Shown here one piece after another: positions 1 through 8,645 of a stretch of 32,000 bases of DNA. Location of the stretch: contig JBMYVL010000001.1 of the NCBI GenBank assembly GCA_049606355.1, positions 60,001-92,000 on the forward strand. Reading direction: 5' to 3'. The DNA comes from Opitutales bacterium (GTDB taxonomy: Bacteria; Verrucomicrobiota; Verrucomicrobiia; Opitutales; Coraliomargaritaceae). The notes below the pieces were generated by a model, which searched no databases, was not told where the DNA came from, and worked only from the letters and a program-made list of their open reading frames with translations. The position numbers and the translations under genes are program-made. The number at the start of each line of letters is the position of its first letter. Position 1 is the stretch's first letter.

Positions 1-930
1 GGTATGGATTTCTCCATTGGGCAAGATGCGCCGCATCTGCTCCATTAATTTCGGCGGCACCGGCGCACCGGCCATCAAAATGCGTCGCAAGCTCGGCAAG
101 ACAATCTGTTGCTCCTCACAGTAACGGGCAATCTTACTCCACAAAGCCGGCGAACCAAAACTAGTCGTCACCGCATTCTGTTGAATCGCCCGAACGATCT
201 TCTCCGGATCCACCGTAGCGGGTCGACTCGGATTCATTTCCGGCACGATCGTACACATACCAAGCGCCGGATTAAACAAGGCAAACACCGGCAGCATCGG
301 TAGGTCCACCTCACCTGGCTCGATCGCGTACTGATCGCGAATCGCCTCCACTTGGGCAGCAAACATGCCGTGCGCATAACACACGCCCTTCGCAGGTCCC
401 GTCGACCCCGAGGTGAACAAGATCGCGGCCAACTCATCGGCAGCCGAATCCACCACCGCATAGGCACCCTTGCCCGAATACGACTGGATCCTGCGGCTGA
501 ACGAACGCCCCACGCCCACCTTCGAACGCAGTCCCTTAAAACTAGCGCGGAAAATTCTCGAAAGCCAAATCGCCAGCGGCACCCCAACCAAAGCCTGCGG
601 CTGCGAATGGCGCACACAGCGCAAAAAGCTCCTCAAACCCATCCCCGGATCAATTACGATTGGCACCGCACCCAGCTTAAACAATGCAAAGACCAGGCGG
701 ATCAAATCCAAACCGGGCGTCACCATTAACAACACCCGAGTCCCGCGGCCGATACCCTTGGCCTCCAGTAGATGTGCCGTTGCCGAGGCTTCCGCTTCCA
801 GTTGCGTAAAGCTGCGCTCCGTATAACGAATCGCGCCAGCTGCGGTACGCCCAACCGGCGCACGCACGGCGGGTTGGTCCGGTTGCTGGCGGGCCTGCTC
901 AGCGAGAAAATGGGCGACGTTGTGGGCCAT
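1..930 (-). CDS. AMP-dependent synthetase/ligase (fatty-acid CoA ligase family, OleC-like); N-terminal 310 codons only, the gene runs off the left window edge
   Basis: The minus-strand frame is open from the ATG at 930-928 to position 1. I checked every in-frame triplet and found no tta/cta/tca; the nearest upstream in-frame stop is at 946-948. It is absent from the ORF track because it has no stop inside the window. The translation starts MAHNVAHFLAEQARQQPDQPAV and contains the adenylation motif ILFTSGSTGPAKGV. It also has the blocks FALFKLGAVPIVIDPG, DLPMLPVFALFNPALG and FGSPALW, which I remember as typical of OleC-type ligases. Confidence 0.85.
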   Translation of the reverse strand, partial: MAHNVAHFLAEQARQQPDQPAVRAPVGRTAAGAIRYTERSFTQLEAEASATAHLLEAKGIGRGTRVLLMVTPGLDLIRLVFALFKLGAVPIVIDPGMGLRSFLRCVRHSQPQALVGVPLAIWLSRIFRASFKGLRSKVGVGRSFSRRIQSYSGKGAYAVVDSAADELAAILFTSGSTGPAKGVCYAHGMFAAQVEAIRDQYAIEPGEVDLPMLPVFALFNPALGMCTIVPEMNPSRPATVDPEKIVRAIQQNAVTTSFGSPALWSKIARYCEEQQIVLPSLRRILMAGAPVPPKLMEQMRRILPNGEIHT

Positions 931-1047
931 GGCAGTTGCCTTGCATCAGGCAACAGGAGCCCACTGCTGCCAACAAAAAAAGCAGGTCGCCATCGTTCCG
1001 GAGCAAACGCCGCGACCCGCTCGCTTCAACCACTGCATTGTTACGCA

Positions 1048-2970
1048 TTAGAAGCTCAAGCGAGCTCCGAAGTAGGCACTGCGGCCAAGTACTGGATACC
1101 CATATGAAAGCGCATATGCTTCATCCAAGAGGTTATGAACCCGAGCAAAGAGCGAGAGAGACTCGCTCAACTCTAAATCAGCAACCAAGTTTACGGTCAT
1201 AAAGTCTTCAATCTCAGAATTGTAGTTCTGGTAGTTATCACGCTCGCGATCGACCTGCCCGACTGCATTCGCACCGATCCGAAATGCCTCAACAGGTTGG
1301 TACGCAGCCGAGAGCTGAAACAAATGACGCGGTCGATATGGCAGGCGTAACTCATCAAAATCGTTCAAAGGAGAGCCTATGTAATCATTGGCCTTCGCGT
1401 CCATGTATGTGTAACCAAAGCTAAGTTCAATTTGCTTGGTAGGGGCATAATCCAATGAGAATTCAACACCTTGCGTCGTCGCTGCCCTCACGTTGTAGGT
1501 ATCTGACGGATACACTGCATCCGGCCACACACCTATTGGCGGATGCGCTACATACTGAATCAGATTGTCGATTTCATTGCGAAAGAGGACCACACTCCAC
1601 TTTAAGTCATCTCCGGAGAGAAACTGACGTAGACCGACCTCATAGCTTAGGCTTTCCTCGGGGTCCAGCGGCGTATCAATCGATACATTCATTGGATCCA
1701 AATTTTCATCAAAGGCCAGATCTTGTGCTGTCGGTGGCGCATAGGATGTGGCCACCTTGGCGAAGAAACTCAGGTCCGTTTCCGGTATATAAAAAATCGC
1801 TTCAAGGTTACCCGTCGACGCATCATCAAAATCACTGAAAGCATCGCAACGCACCCCACCACGTAATTCGACCACATCACTCAATTGCCAGAGCAATTGA
1901 GTAAACAACCCATATTGACTGAGGTCTTCACCATAGAAACTCGGTCGCGTTAACTGTTCCAGACGATAGAGCCCTCCCACGGTAAGCAACGCCGCATCAT
2001 GAATCTTATGGTCTATTTGTAGGCTAAGTTCATCCGTCTCAATCTCATTGCGTGAATTGTAGAAGCTACCAAAGAACGAATAGTCATAGTCATAGAAATA
2101 CTCACTCCTTGAGTAAAAAACATGGGCTGAAAAATCATCGGACTCATAGCGCAAGCCTGGAGAAACCAGCCAGTTTTCCGAAATCGAATGATCATAAGTC
2201 GAAGGACTGGTAATCTTACCTGGAACACCCTTCTCACTATCAAGATACTGCGCAATCAATTCGGCGCTGAGATGATCCGTAACGCGCACGTCAAAACGAC
2301 TCAGTACTGACGCAGTCTCAAAATGATCATTTTCACGCTCATTATCGGTCGAAAGCATCGAGCCGGATAGGCTCCACCCCCAGTCATCATTAGATGTATT
2401 CGCTGAAACTTGGACCCGGCGGTAAGCATTCGCGCCGACTTCACCAACTACCGTTACGCCCTGTATCGGATGACCCAAAGCTTGGCGCGTGCGCAGATCC
2501 ACCACGCCACCAATACCGCTGGAACCATAGTTAACTGTAGCTGCTCCCTTCTGCAGTTGCACACTCTCCAGATTATTCACGTTCAGCGACTCTAGGTCAT
2601 ACTGGCCACTGAACGCAGCATTCAGACGCCGCCCATCCAGAAAGAACGCAGTGCTGTCACTGTTTGTCCCACGCAAAAATACAGAGGCTACTGATCCAGG
2701 CGCACCATTGGCACTCACAACGACTCCCGCCTGACGCTGCAGCACATCGATCAGTCGGCGGTCCTGCCAAAATACCATCGCCTCGGCATCGATATAGTCC
2801 ACCGACGGAGAAACGCGCTCGAGAGGCAGCGGAGTACGCGTCGCTACCACTACATAGGGTTCGAGCTCATAGATAGTGGGATCCTCGTTCGCTGCGCCAG
2901 CCAAGAGTTGAGCCCAACTCAGTGCTGCACAAAAAACGAGACGAGGTGTGCGAGGAATCGTCAGTTGCAT
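1048..2970 (-). CDS. TonB-dependent outer-membrane receptor
   Basis: 650-aa ORF (1048..3000, whose first codon is TTG). The ATG at 2970 gives MQLTIPRTPRLVFCAALSWAQLLAGA, a signal peptide. This is followed by a plug-type motif (EPYVVVATRTP), a long Y/D/S/N-rich beta-barrel region and a C-terminal aromatic residue (...GARLSF). Confidence 0.9.
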   Translation of the reverse strand: MQLTIPRTPRLVFCAALSWAQLLAGAANEDPTIYELEPYVVVATRTPLPLERVSPSVDYIDAEAMVFWQDRRLIDVLQRQAGVVVSANGAPGSVASVFLRGTNSDSTAFFLDGRRLNAAFSGQYDLESLNVNNLESVQLQKGAATVNYGSSGIGGVVDLRTRQALGHPIQGVTVVGEVGANAYRRVQVSANTSNDDWGWSLSGSMLSTDNERENDHFETASVLSRFDVRVTDHLSAELIAQYLDSEKGVPGKITSPSTYDHSISENWLVSPGLRYESDDFSAHVFYSRSEYFYDYDYSFFGSFYNSRNEIETDELSLQIDHKIHDAALLTVGGLYRLEQLTRPSFYGEDLSQYGLFTQLLWQLSDVVELRGGVRCDAFSDFDDASTGNLEAIFYIPETDLSFFAKVATSYAPPTAQDLAFDENLDPMNVSIDTPLDPEESLSYEVGLRQFLSGDDLKWSVVLFRNEIDNLIQYVAHPPIGVWPDAVYPSDTYNVRAATTQGVEFSLDYAPTKQIELSFGYTYMDAKANDYIGSPLNDFDELRLPYRPRHLFQLSAAYQPVEAFRIGANAVGQVDRERDNYQNYNSEIEDFMTVNLVADLELSESLSLFARVHNLLDEAYALSYGYPVLGRSAYFGARLSF

Positions 2971-3015
2971 GACCTTACGCAAAACACCAAGGCGACTCAA
3001 CTGACAAGCACAAAC

Positions 3016-3035
3016 AATTACTGAGAATCATTCGC
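3016..3035 (-). promoter_or_regulatory. Candidate Fur-box-like operator upstream of the TonB-dependent receptor
   Basis: The minus strand reads GCGAATGATTCTCAGTAAT. By hand alignment it matches 12 of 19 positions of the classical Fur consensus GATAATGATAATCATTATC. It lies 46-65 nt upstream of the ATG at 2970. Confidence 0.3.
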
Positions 3036-3069
3036 AACAAATGGGCCGCATCAGCATCCCGCGGCCAAC

Positions 3070-3098
3070 AAAAAAGCCGCCCTCAGTGGGGCGGCTTT
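3070..3098 (-). terminator. Rho-independent terminator downstream of yebC
   Basis: There is an 8-bp GC-rich stem, AGCCGCCC (3075-3082) pairing with GGGCGGCT (3088-3095), and a 5-nt loop. On the minus strand a T-run follows (complement of A3070-A3075). It sits about 30 nt after the yebC stop. Confidence 0.75.
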
Positions 3099-3125
3099 AA
3101 GCACTTAGGAGTTGCCACGCGGTAC

Positions 3126-3875
3126 TTAACCCGCGTCCTCCAGCAAATCATCCGCAATGTCCATATTGTGGTGGACGGCCTTCACGTCCTCGAGTTCATC
3201 GAGTTTCTCCACGAGGTGGAGCACCTTGCGAGCCGTGTCCTTATCGGTCACCGGCACGGCAACATTCGGAAGGTACGCCAACTCAGATGACAGGCACTCG
3301 ATGCCCTTTTCTTCAAGGGCCTGAGAGACCGCATCGTAGTCCGTAAAGGCACTGATCACTTCGTAGTGATCCCCTTCGTTCTTGATATCCTCTGCACCAG
3401 CCTCGAGGGCAAGGTCCATCAACGCTTCTTCACCGATCTTGTCGGCCTCGATGATGAACTGCCCCTTGCGGTCAAATTGAAATGCCACTGCCCCGACCCC
3501 GGCAAGGTTACCTCCATTCTTACCCATCGTGCTGCGCACTTCGGAGGCGGAGCGGTTCTTGTTGTCGGTCGTAATCTCAACAATCACGCCGACGCCGCCG
3601 GCACCGTAGCCTTCGTACAAACACTCCTCATAGACGACACCGGGAAGCTCACCCGTGCCCTTTTTGATTGCACGGTCGATATTATCGGCCGGCATGTTGG
3701 CTGCCTTGGCCTTGGCAATACAGGTGCGCAGACGCGGATTGAAGCCCGGGTCGCCGCCCCCGCTGCGAGCCGCAAGGGTAATGTCCTTGCTCAACACGCT
3801 GAATAATTTGCCCCGTTTGGCGTCTGCAGCGCCTTTGGCGCGCTTGATCGTCGCCCATTTACTGTGTCCTGACAT
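3126..3875 (-). CDS. yebC: YebC/PmpR family DNA-binding transcriptional regulator
   Basis: 249 aa. The N-terminus MSGHSKWATIKRAKGAADAKRGKLF is the hallmark of this family, and the length is typical. Confidence 0.95.
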   Translation of the reverse strand: MSGHSKWATIKRAKGAADAKRGKLFSVLSKDITLAARSGGGDPGFNPRLRTCIAKAKAANMPADNIDRAIKKGTGELPGVVYEECLYEGYGAGGVGVIVEITTDNKNRSASEVRSTMGKNGGNLAGVGAVAFQFDRKGQFIIEADKIGEEALMDLALEAGAEDIKNEGDHYEVISAFTDYDAVSQALEEKGIECLSSELAYLPNVAVPVTDKDTARKVLHLVEKLDELEDVKAVHHNMDIADDLLEDAG

Positions 3876-3937
3876 GTCTACTGAGGTATGAAGTGAGGGA
3901 AAAGTTGCAAAGTGAAAGACTTGCTAGCGACTTTCAA

Positions 3938-5791
3938 CTACTTCTTTTGGGTCGGCTTGCCGCGGGCGATCCCGCTTTTGGCCTTGGGTTTCGCCGATGG
4001 ATTCCCTCCCGCTGCCGCTGCGACGGGCATCGGATCGGGCCGGCTATTGGTGATCTTTTGCTGCACAATTGTGAGAATATTCTGCACCGTCCAGTACAGC
4101 ACCAAACCGGATGAGAAATTGTACAGGAAGATTAGGAAAACAAAGGGCAGAAATTTAAAGATCTTCTGCTGGGTCGGATCTGCGGCAGGATTTACCGGCA
4201 TCATGCTCATTTGCAGGAACATGGTGACGCCCATGATGAGTGGCAAAAGATTGATCGGGAATCCCGCGACTTCGAAAAGCGTATCCGGCTGAGATAGGTC
4301 CGCTACCCACAAGAAGGACTCATGGCGCAATTCCGATGCGGTACGTAACATATAAAACAAGCCCAGAAAAATCGGCATCTGGATCAAAATCGGCAGGCAG
4401 CCCGCAACCGGGTTGACCTGATGCTCGCGGAAGAGCTTCAGCGTCTCTTGCTGCATCTTCTGTGGATTGTCTTTAAACTTCTCCTTCAGCTCAGCCATCG
4501 GCCCCTGAATACTGGCCATACGCTTCTGCGAGCGACTGGCTTGAGCCGTCAACGGCCAGAACAGCAGCTTGATGCAAATCGTCATGACCACGATGGACAG
4601 CCCCCAGCTCGGAATCACCGCATGGATGGCATACATAAACGACAGGAGCAATTTACTGATAAAGCTGAGGAAGCCGAACTGCATAACTAGATCTTTGTCA
4701 TTCCCCAGCGCTTGCAGGCGCTTGAATTCCTTCGGCCCCACATAATAGCTAAACTCGAGCGTTTTCGCCGAGCCTCCGGCGACCGTGCCAAAGGCGTAAC
4801 CGACGCTCCCGGTGATGCCGTCACGGCGCTGTGCCGCTGGCGCGGTGCGATCGCCGCGCACGGGATAAAGGATCAAATCTTGGCCAACCGCCTGATCCGT
4901 GGAAAGTACCGCCGCAAAAAACTGATTCTTAACCGAAGACCATTCGATACGCCCTGCATCCTCGATGCGTAACTCATCCCGCGGCGCATTCGCACCAATG
5001 CCCAAGAAACCCGAGCTGCCGATTAACTTAGTGATCGGTTTAAACTTCGCATCGGCGCCGTTGTAGTAGCCAACATTGAGGTAACTCTGCTGCATCGCCC
5101 CATCTGCGATCGGCTGCATGGTACCGAGGTTCAGGTACAGCGTCGAAAAGGCCTTGGCGGTAGCTGCGCGATTCTCAAAGGTCGTACTGTGCTCGATGAT
5201 GTACGGATCGGTCTGCGCACCCGGCTGAGCGAGTGCATACGTACGACGAATTTGCAAATCGGCACCCGCTTGCAAAATAAAGGTAATCGAATGCGCCGAT
5301 TGGGCAGCAATCTGATACGGCATATCAAACTCCTGAATGCTGCCGTCTTGGTTCGGTAAGCCTAAGCTGAGGGCCGGCAAAGGACCCTTGTCGTTAAACA
5401 CGAAATCATCGGTCTCACCGCGCTTGGTTTTCAGAAATTCGACCCGGCGGATCGCGCCACCTCGATTGGTAAACTCTACACGAATGAACTCATTGGCGAG
5501 GGTCACCGTTTCTTCCGCCGCTACGCGTGGCGCGCGCTTCGTCTCCAGTGCCGCAGCGTCCACCTCTTGGACAAGCAGATCGAGCATGCCAGCGCCTTCG
5601 GTCGTCGTCGCTGCGGACTCATCTGCGAGAGCCTGCAGAGTAGCGCCGACGGGCTCCGCGGGATCCACCGCAACCGGGGGCTGCAAGGCCTGCTGACGCT
5701 CTTGCTCCTGCAGCTCACTCGCCTGCCAGAACATAAAACCGATACCGGCTCCAATAAAAAGGAGGCCAAGGATTGTATTTTTCTTATCCAT
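3938..5791 (-). CDS. yidC: Membrane protein insertase YidC
   Basis: 617 aa. It has an N-terminal TM segment, a large periplasmic domain and a C-terminal 60-kDa-IMP core ([16 protein letters not shown]..., [21 protein letters not shown]). It lies in the conserved position after rnpA-yidD. Confidence 0.95.
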   Translation of the reverse strand: MDKKNTILGLLFIGAGIGFMFWQASELQEQERQQALQPPVAVDPAEPVGATLQALADESAATTTEGAGMLDLLVQEVDAAALETKRAPRVAAEETVTLANEFIRVEFTNRGGAIRRVEFLKTKRGETDDFVFNDKGPLPALSLGLPNQDGSIQEFDMPYQIAAQSAHSITFILQAGADLQIRRTYALAQPGAQTDPYIIEHSTTFENRAATAKAFSTLYLNLGTMQPIADGAMQQSYLNVGYYNGADAKFKPITKLIGSSGFLGIGANAPRDELRIEDAGRIEWSSVKNQFFAAVLSTDQAVGQDLILYPVRGDRTAPAAQRRDGITGSVGYAFGTVAGGSAKTLEFSYYVGPKEFKRLQALGNDKDLVMQFGFLSFISKLLLSFMYAIHAVIPSWGLSIVVMTICIKLLFWPLTAQASRSQKRMASIQGPMAELKEKFKDNPQKMQQETLKLFREHQVNPVAGCLPILIQMPIFLGLFYMLRTASELRHESFLWVADLSQPDTLFEVAGFPINLLPLIMGVTMFLQMSMMPVNPAADPTQQKIFKFLPFVFLIFLYNFSSGLVLYWTVQNILTIVQQKITNSRPDPMPVAAAAGGNPSAKPKAKSGIARGKPTQKK

Positions 5792-6125
5792 CTAAGTTTG
5801 TAGTCAAGTTTGTTGAAATGCCCGTAGGCGCGGTACTTTTCAAGTCCGGAACAGGGTCATACCCACCCGCGTGCCAGGGGTGGCACTTTAGAATACGCAG
5901 CACAGCAAGCCAGCTGCCGCGAAACAGGCCGAAACGCAACAATGCCGTGCGCGCGAAGCAGGAGCAGGTCGGCTGAAAACGGCAACTGCAAGTCGTGCCA
6001 AACAAGACCTGCTTGAGCGGCGACACCAGCAGTTGGTAGGCCCGTACGAGCCACGCCGCACCGCGCGCCGCCAAGGATGGCGAGCAGGTCTGCTCCGTTA
6101 ACCGATTCGGCCCTCGACGCATCAT
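5784..6125 (-). CDS. yidD: Membrane protein insertion efficiency factor YidD
   Basis: It contains the YidD core [12 protein letters not shown]...[11 protein letters not shown]...[18 protein letters not shown]. The ATG at 6125 overlaps the rnpA stop as ATGA (6122-6125). The ORF-track start at 6161 would extend into rnpA. The 3' end overlaps the yidC start by 8 nt. Confidence 0.85.
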   Translation of the reverse strand: MMRRGPNRLTEQTCSPSLAARGAAWLVRAYQLLVSPLKQVLFGTTCSCRFQPTCSCFARTALLRFGLFRGSWLAVLRILKCHPWHAGGYDPVPDLKSTAPTGISTNLTTNLDG

Positions 6126-6475
6126 GTATTTCCTCCAACACGCGAGTGCATCTGCGCGCAAGCCTTCACAAAACGACGCTCGAGGTCTGCATAGCTGTGG
6201 CGGTCGTAGCCCGAACGCAACACCGCAACCAGCTCTAAGCCCTCGGGTAGCTGCGCTTCGTGAGTGCGAAAAATCTCTCTCAACAGGCGCTTGCCGCGGT
6301 TGCGCTTGACTGCGTTGCCCACGCGCCGACTCGCGATCACGCCGAAACGCCGCGTCCTTGTGCTGCCAAGCCGCCCCTGCAAAATAAAAGGCCCGCAGAG
6401 GATACGTTGCCCCTCAGTGCGGACCTGTTGAAAATCAACTTGGGTGCGTAACCGCTTGGAAGTCGGAATACCCAT
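6122..6475 (-). CDS. rnpA: Ribonuclease P protein component
   Basis: Motifs [16 protein letters not shown] and [20 protein letters not shown] are present, and the gene follows rpmH. I chose the ATG at 6475 (MGIPTSKRL...). The longer ORF-track start at 6583 would overlap rpmH. Confidence 0.9.
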   Translation of the reverse strand: MGIPTSKRLRTQVDFQQVRTEGQRILCGPFILQGRLGSTRTRRFGVIASRRVGNAVKRNRGKRLLREIFRTHEAQLPEGLELVAVLRSGYDRHSYADLERRFVKACAQMHSRVGGNT

Positions 6476-6503
6476 GACTCCAATCGCAGCCTCGCCAACT
6501 GCA

Positions 6504-6638
6504 CTACGCAGCGAGACGATAGCGGCCTTTGGCACGACGTGCGGCCAGTACCTTGCGGCCGCCACGGGTAGCTTTGCGTGCACGATAGCCGAATTTGCGA
6601 GCGCGTCTAAGTTTGGAAGGTCTGAATGTAGGTTTCAT
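6504..6638 (-). CDS. rpmH: 50S ribosomal protein L34
   Basis: Hand translation gives [44 protein letters not shown] (44 aa), below the ORF-track size cut-off. A GGAG Shine-Dalgarno sequence lies about 8 nt upstream. The gene order rpmH-rnpA-yidD-yidC is canonical. Confidence 0.93.
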   Translation of the reverse strand: MKPTFRPSKLRRARKFGYRARKATRGGRKVLAARRAKGRYRLAA

Positions 6639-6850
6639 GAGAAAGTCTCCTGGATATTTTCGAAAAGCGGAGCAGAAAAACCCTTGCTCGAGGTCCTGTC
6701 AAGGCAGCAAAGCGCGATTTTAAGCTTCCCTGGCGGCCCTGCGGCGGCTGTCAAAAAATGCTGAAAGTACAGTGCCCCGGCGCTGCCCACTTGCCAGTCC
6801 GCTGAGCCCATGAGTAACTTTTTACAAATTAACCCTGCACCGTTTACAGC

Positions 6851-8002
6851 ATGGCGACCCTTAATTTAGGCATCTCAAAAGCAACGCGCGCCAATCGGGC
6901 ACCCTTCCGTACGGGATCCGCACTCGCCAAACAGAAGGCTTACGAACGGCAGGCGAAGCGCAAGCGCATCAAACTGGAGGAGATGACGGTCTTCACCCAG
7001 CAACTCGCCGCCATGCTGGATGCCGGCTTGCCCCTAGTCAGCGCCTTGGAGGCACTCGAAGAGCAAGCGGGGAATCCCGTGTTTCAAGTCATCATACGCA
7101 AAGTTCGTACCGAAGTTGCTGCCGGGCGCTCCTTTTCCGAGGCCTGTGCGGCCTACCCGAATGCCTTCCCCAAGCTGTTTGTCTCCATGGTGGAAGCCGG
7201 CGAGGCCAGCGGTGGCTTGGCGGAAATCCTCGAGAAGACCTCGGTTTACTTCGAAGATACCGTCAAGTTGCTGCGCCAAGTTAAAGCCGCACTCATGTAC
7301 CCAATCGCCGTCATCGCGCTCGCCATCATTCTCGTCAATGTGCTGCTCATCTTTGTCATACCCGTGTTCTCCGAAATGTTTAGCGACTTCGGCTCAGAAC
7401 TCCCCACTCCCACCCAGATTCTCATCGGCATCAGCGAATTCTTAAGGACCTATATCCTGCTACTCCTTGTTGGCCTAATCGGCCTCCTCTGGCTGCTACG
7501 GCGAGCCGCGCGCACCCCGCGCGGGCGGATCCTCAAAGACCGATTGATCCTCAAAATTCCGGTCCTTGGCGAGCTCACCCGCAAGGTGAACCTCTCGCGT
7601 TTTTGCCGTACCTACGCAATTCTCATGCGCTCTGGAGTGCCCATCCTGCGCACGCTGGAAATTGTCGCCGCAGCCTCCAATAATGTCTTCGTGGAAGGTG
7701 CCTGCCGCGATGTGGCAAAGCATGTCAGCCAAGGCGGCCAAGTTTCTGAAATTGTTGCGCAGGACGCGTATTTCCCGCCCATGGTCAAACACATGACTAA
7801 AGCCGGGGAGCGCACCGGCAATGTCGATGGCATGATGGTCAAAGTGGCCGACTTTTACGATGCGGAGATCGAGACCTTGGTGGCCGCGCTCACCTCTCTG
7901 ATGGAGCCACTGTTGATCTGCTTCCTCGGCATCGTCATCGGCGGCATCGTGATGGCGATGTTCCTGCCCATCTTCGAGCTGTCCAGCGTCGCCGGCGGCT
8001 GA
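6851..8002 (+). CDS. Type II secretion system F family protein (PilC/GspF-type inner-membrane platform)
   Basis: 383 aa with two T2SSF-like repeats (FTQQLAAMLDAGLPLVSALEAL...MVEAGEASGGL and FCRTYAILMRSGVPILRTLEIV...MTKAGERTGNV) and three hydrophobic TM segments. Confidence 0.88.
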   Translation: MATLNLGISKATRANRAPFRTGSALAKQKAYERQAKRKRIKLEEMTVFTQQLAAMLDAGLPLVSALEALEEQAGNPVFQVIIRKVRTEVAAGRSFSEACAAYPNAFPKLFVSMVEAGEASGGLAEILEKTSVYFEDTVKLLRQVKAALMYPIAVIALAIILVNVLLIFVIPVFSEMFSDFGSELPTPTQILIGISEFLRTYILLLLVGLIGLLWLLRRAARTPRGRILKDRLILKIPVLGELTRKVNLSRFCRTYAILMRSGVPILRTLEIVAAASNNVFVEGACRDVAKHVSQGGQVSEIVAQDAYFPPMVKHMTKAGERTGNVDGMMVKVADFYDAEIETLVAALTSLMEPLLICFLGIVIGGIVMAMFLPIFELSSVAGG

Positions 8003-8100
8003 ACCGCTGCGCACTGTCAAACCCACTGCGCGGGGGTCGGCCCCAGCCCAAGGCAGCAGCACCCAGTCCACCCCTACCCGTGCAGCTGCTTCAGTTCAAT

Positions 8101-8177
<77 letters not shown>

Positions 8178-8261
8178 TCGTAGAATTGAAATGAGTCGCG
8201 TTCGTCGCAGCGGCGCTCTTGGTACGGTCGGGAGCGCAGTAGCGGGGACCGCTGGTGCGCC

Positions 8262-8519
8262 CTAACTCTCCTCGCGCTCTTTGGCGACATTGACCTTGAG
8301 CGGGCGACCGCCGAGCTCCTGGCCGTCCAATTGGCGGATCGCCTCGGCCGCATCCTGATCATCTGCCATGGTGACGAATCCGAAACCGCGTGGACGCCCG
8401 CCCCCCGGACGAGTGACAATAATAGCCTCTTCCACCTCGCCGGTTTGAGAAAAGATTTCGCGCAGATCGTCGCCGGTGGCTTCGAAGGAGAGATTACCTA
8501 CATAGAGTCGTACAGACAT
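8262..8519 (-). CDS. RNA-binding protein (single RRM domain)
   Basis: RNP-2 motif LYVGNL and RNP-1 motif RGFGFVTM are present. The protein is about 85 aa from the ATG at 8519; the ORF-track start at 8525 is a TTG. Confidence 0.9.
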   Translation of the reverse strand: MSVRLYVGNLSFEATGDDLREIFSQTGEVEEAIIVTRPGGGRPRGFGFVTMADDQDAAEAIRQLDGQELGGRPLKVNVAKEREES

Positions 8520-8645
8520 GAGCAATTAGATCGAGTGTTTCGTTTAAAAGGCGCTATGAGCAAGGAAGGCGAAGCGACGGCTGACAATCCTTAATTTGTG
8601 GATTCGGATTTGCCTTCGCGCCATGCACTGAATTGCTTGCCTTCG

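Noticed and set aside
2971-3069. Cobalamin riboswitch upstream of the TonB-dependent (BtuB-like?) receptor.
   Set aside because: Only about 100 nt lie between the yebC terminator and the receptor ATG. I found no B12-box-like core (e.g. GCCACTG) and no multi-stem structure.
6639-6850. oriC / DnaA-box cluster next to rpmH.
   Set aside because: There are no TTATCCACA-like boxes in this spacer. The only 8/9 match I saw (10262-10270) is isolated inside the ABC exporter gene. There is also no AT-rich unwinding element.
8003-8100. Possible SRP (4.5S) RNA fragment, because of CCAAGGCAG in the pilC-tRNA spacer.
   Set aside because: The conserved GGAAGCAGCC / GNAR-tetraloop helix-8 core is missing, and the flanks cannot form the long hairpin. 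It is most likely a chance match.
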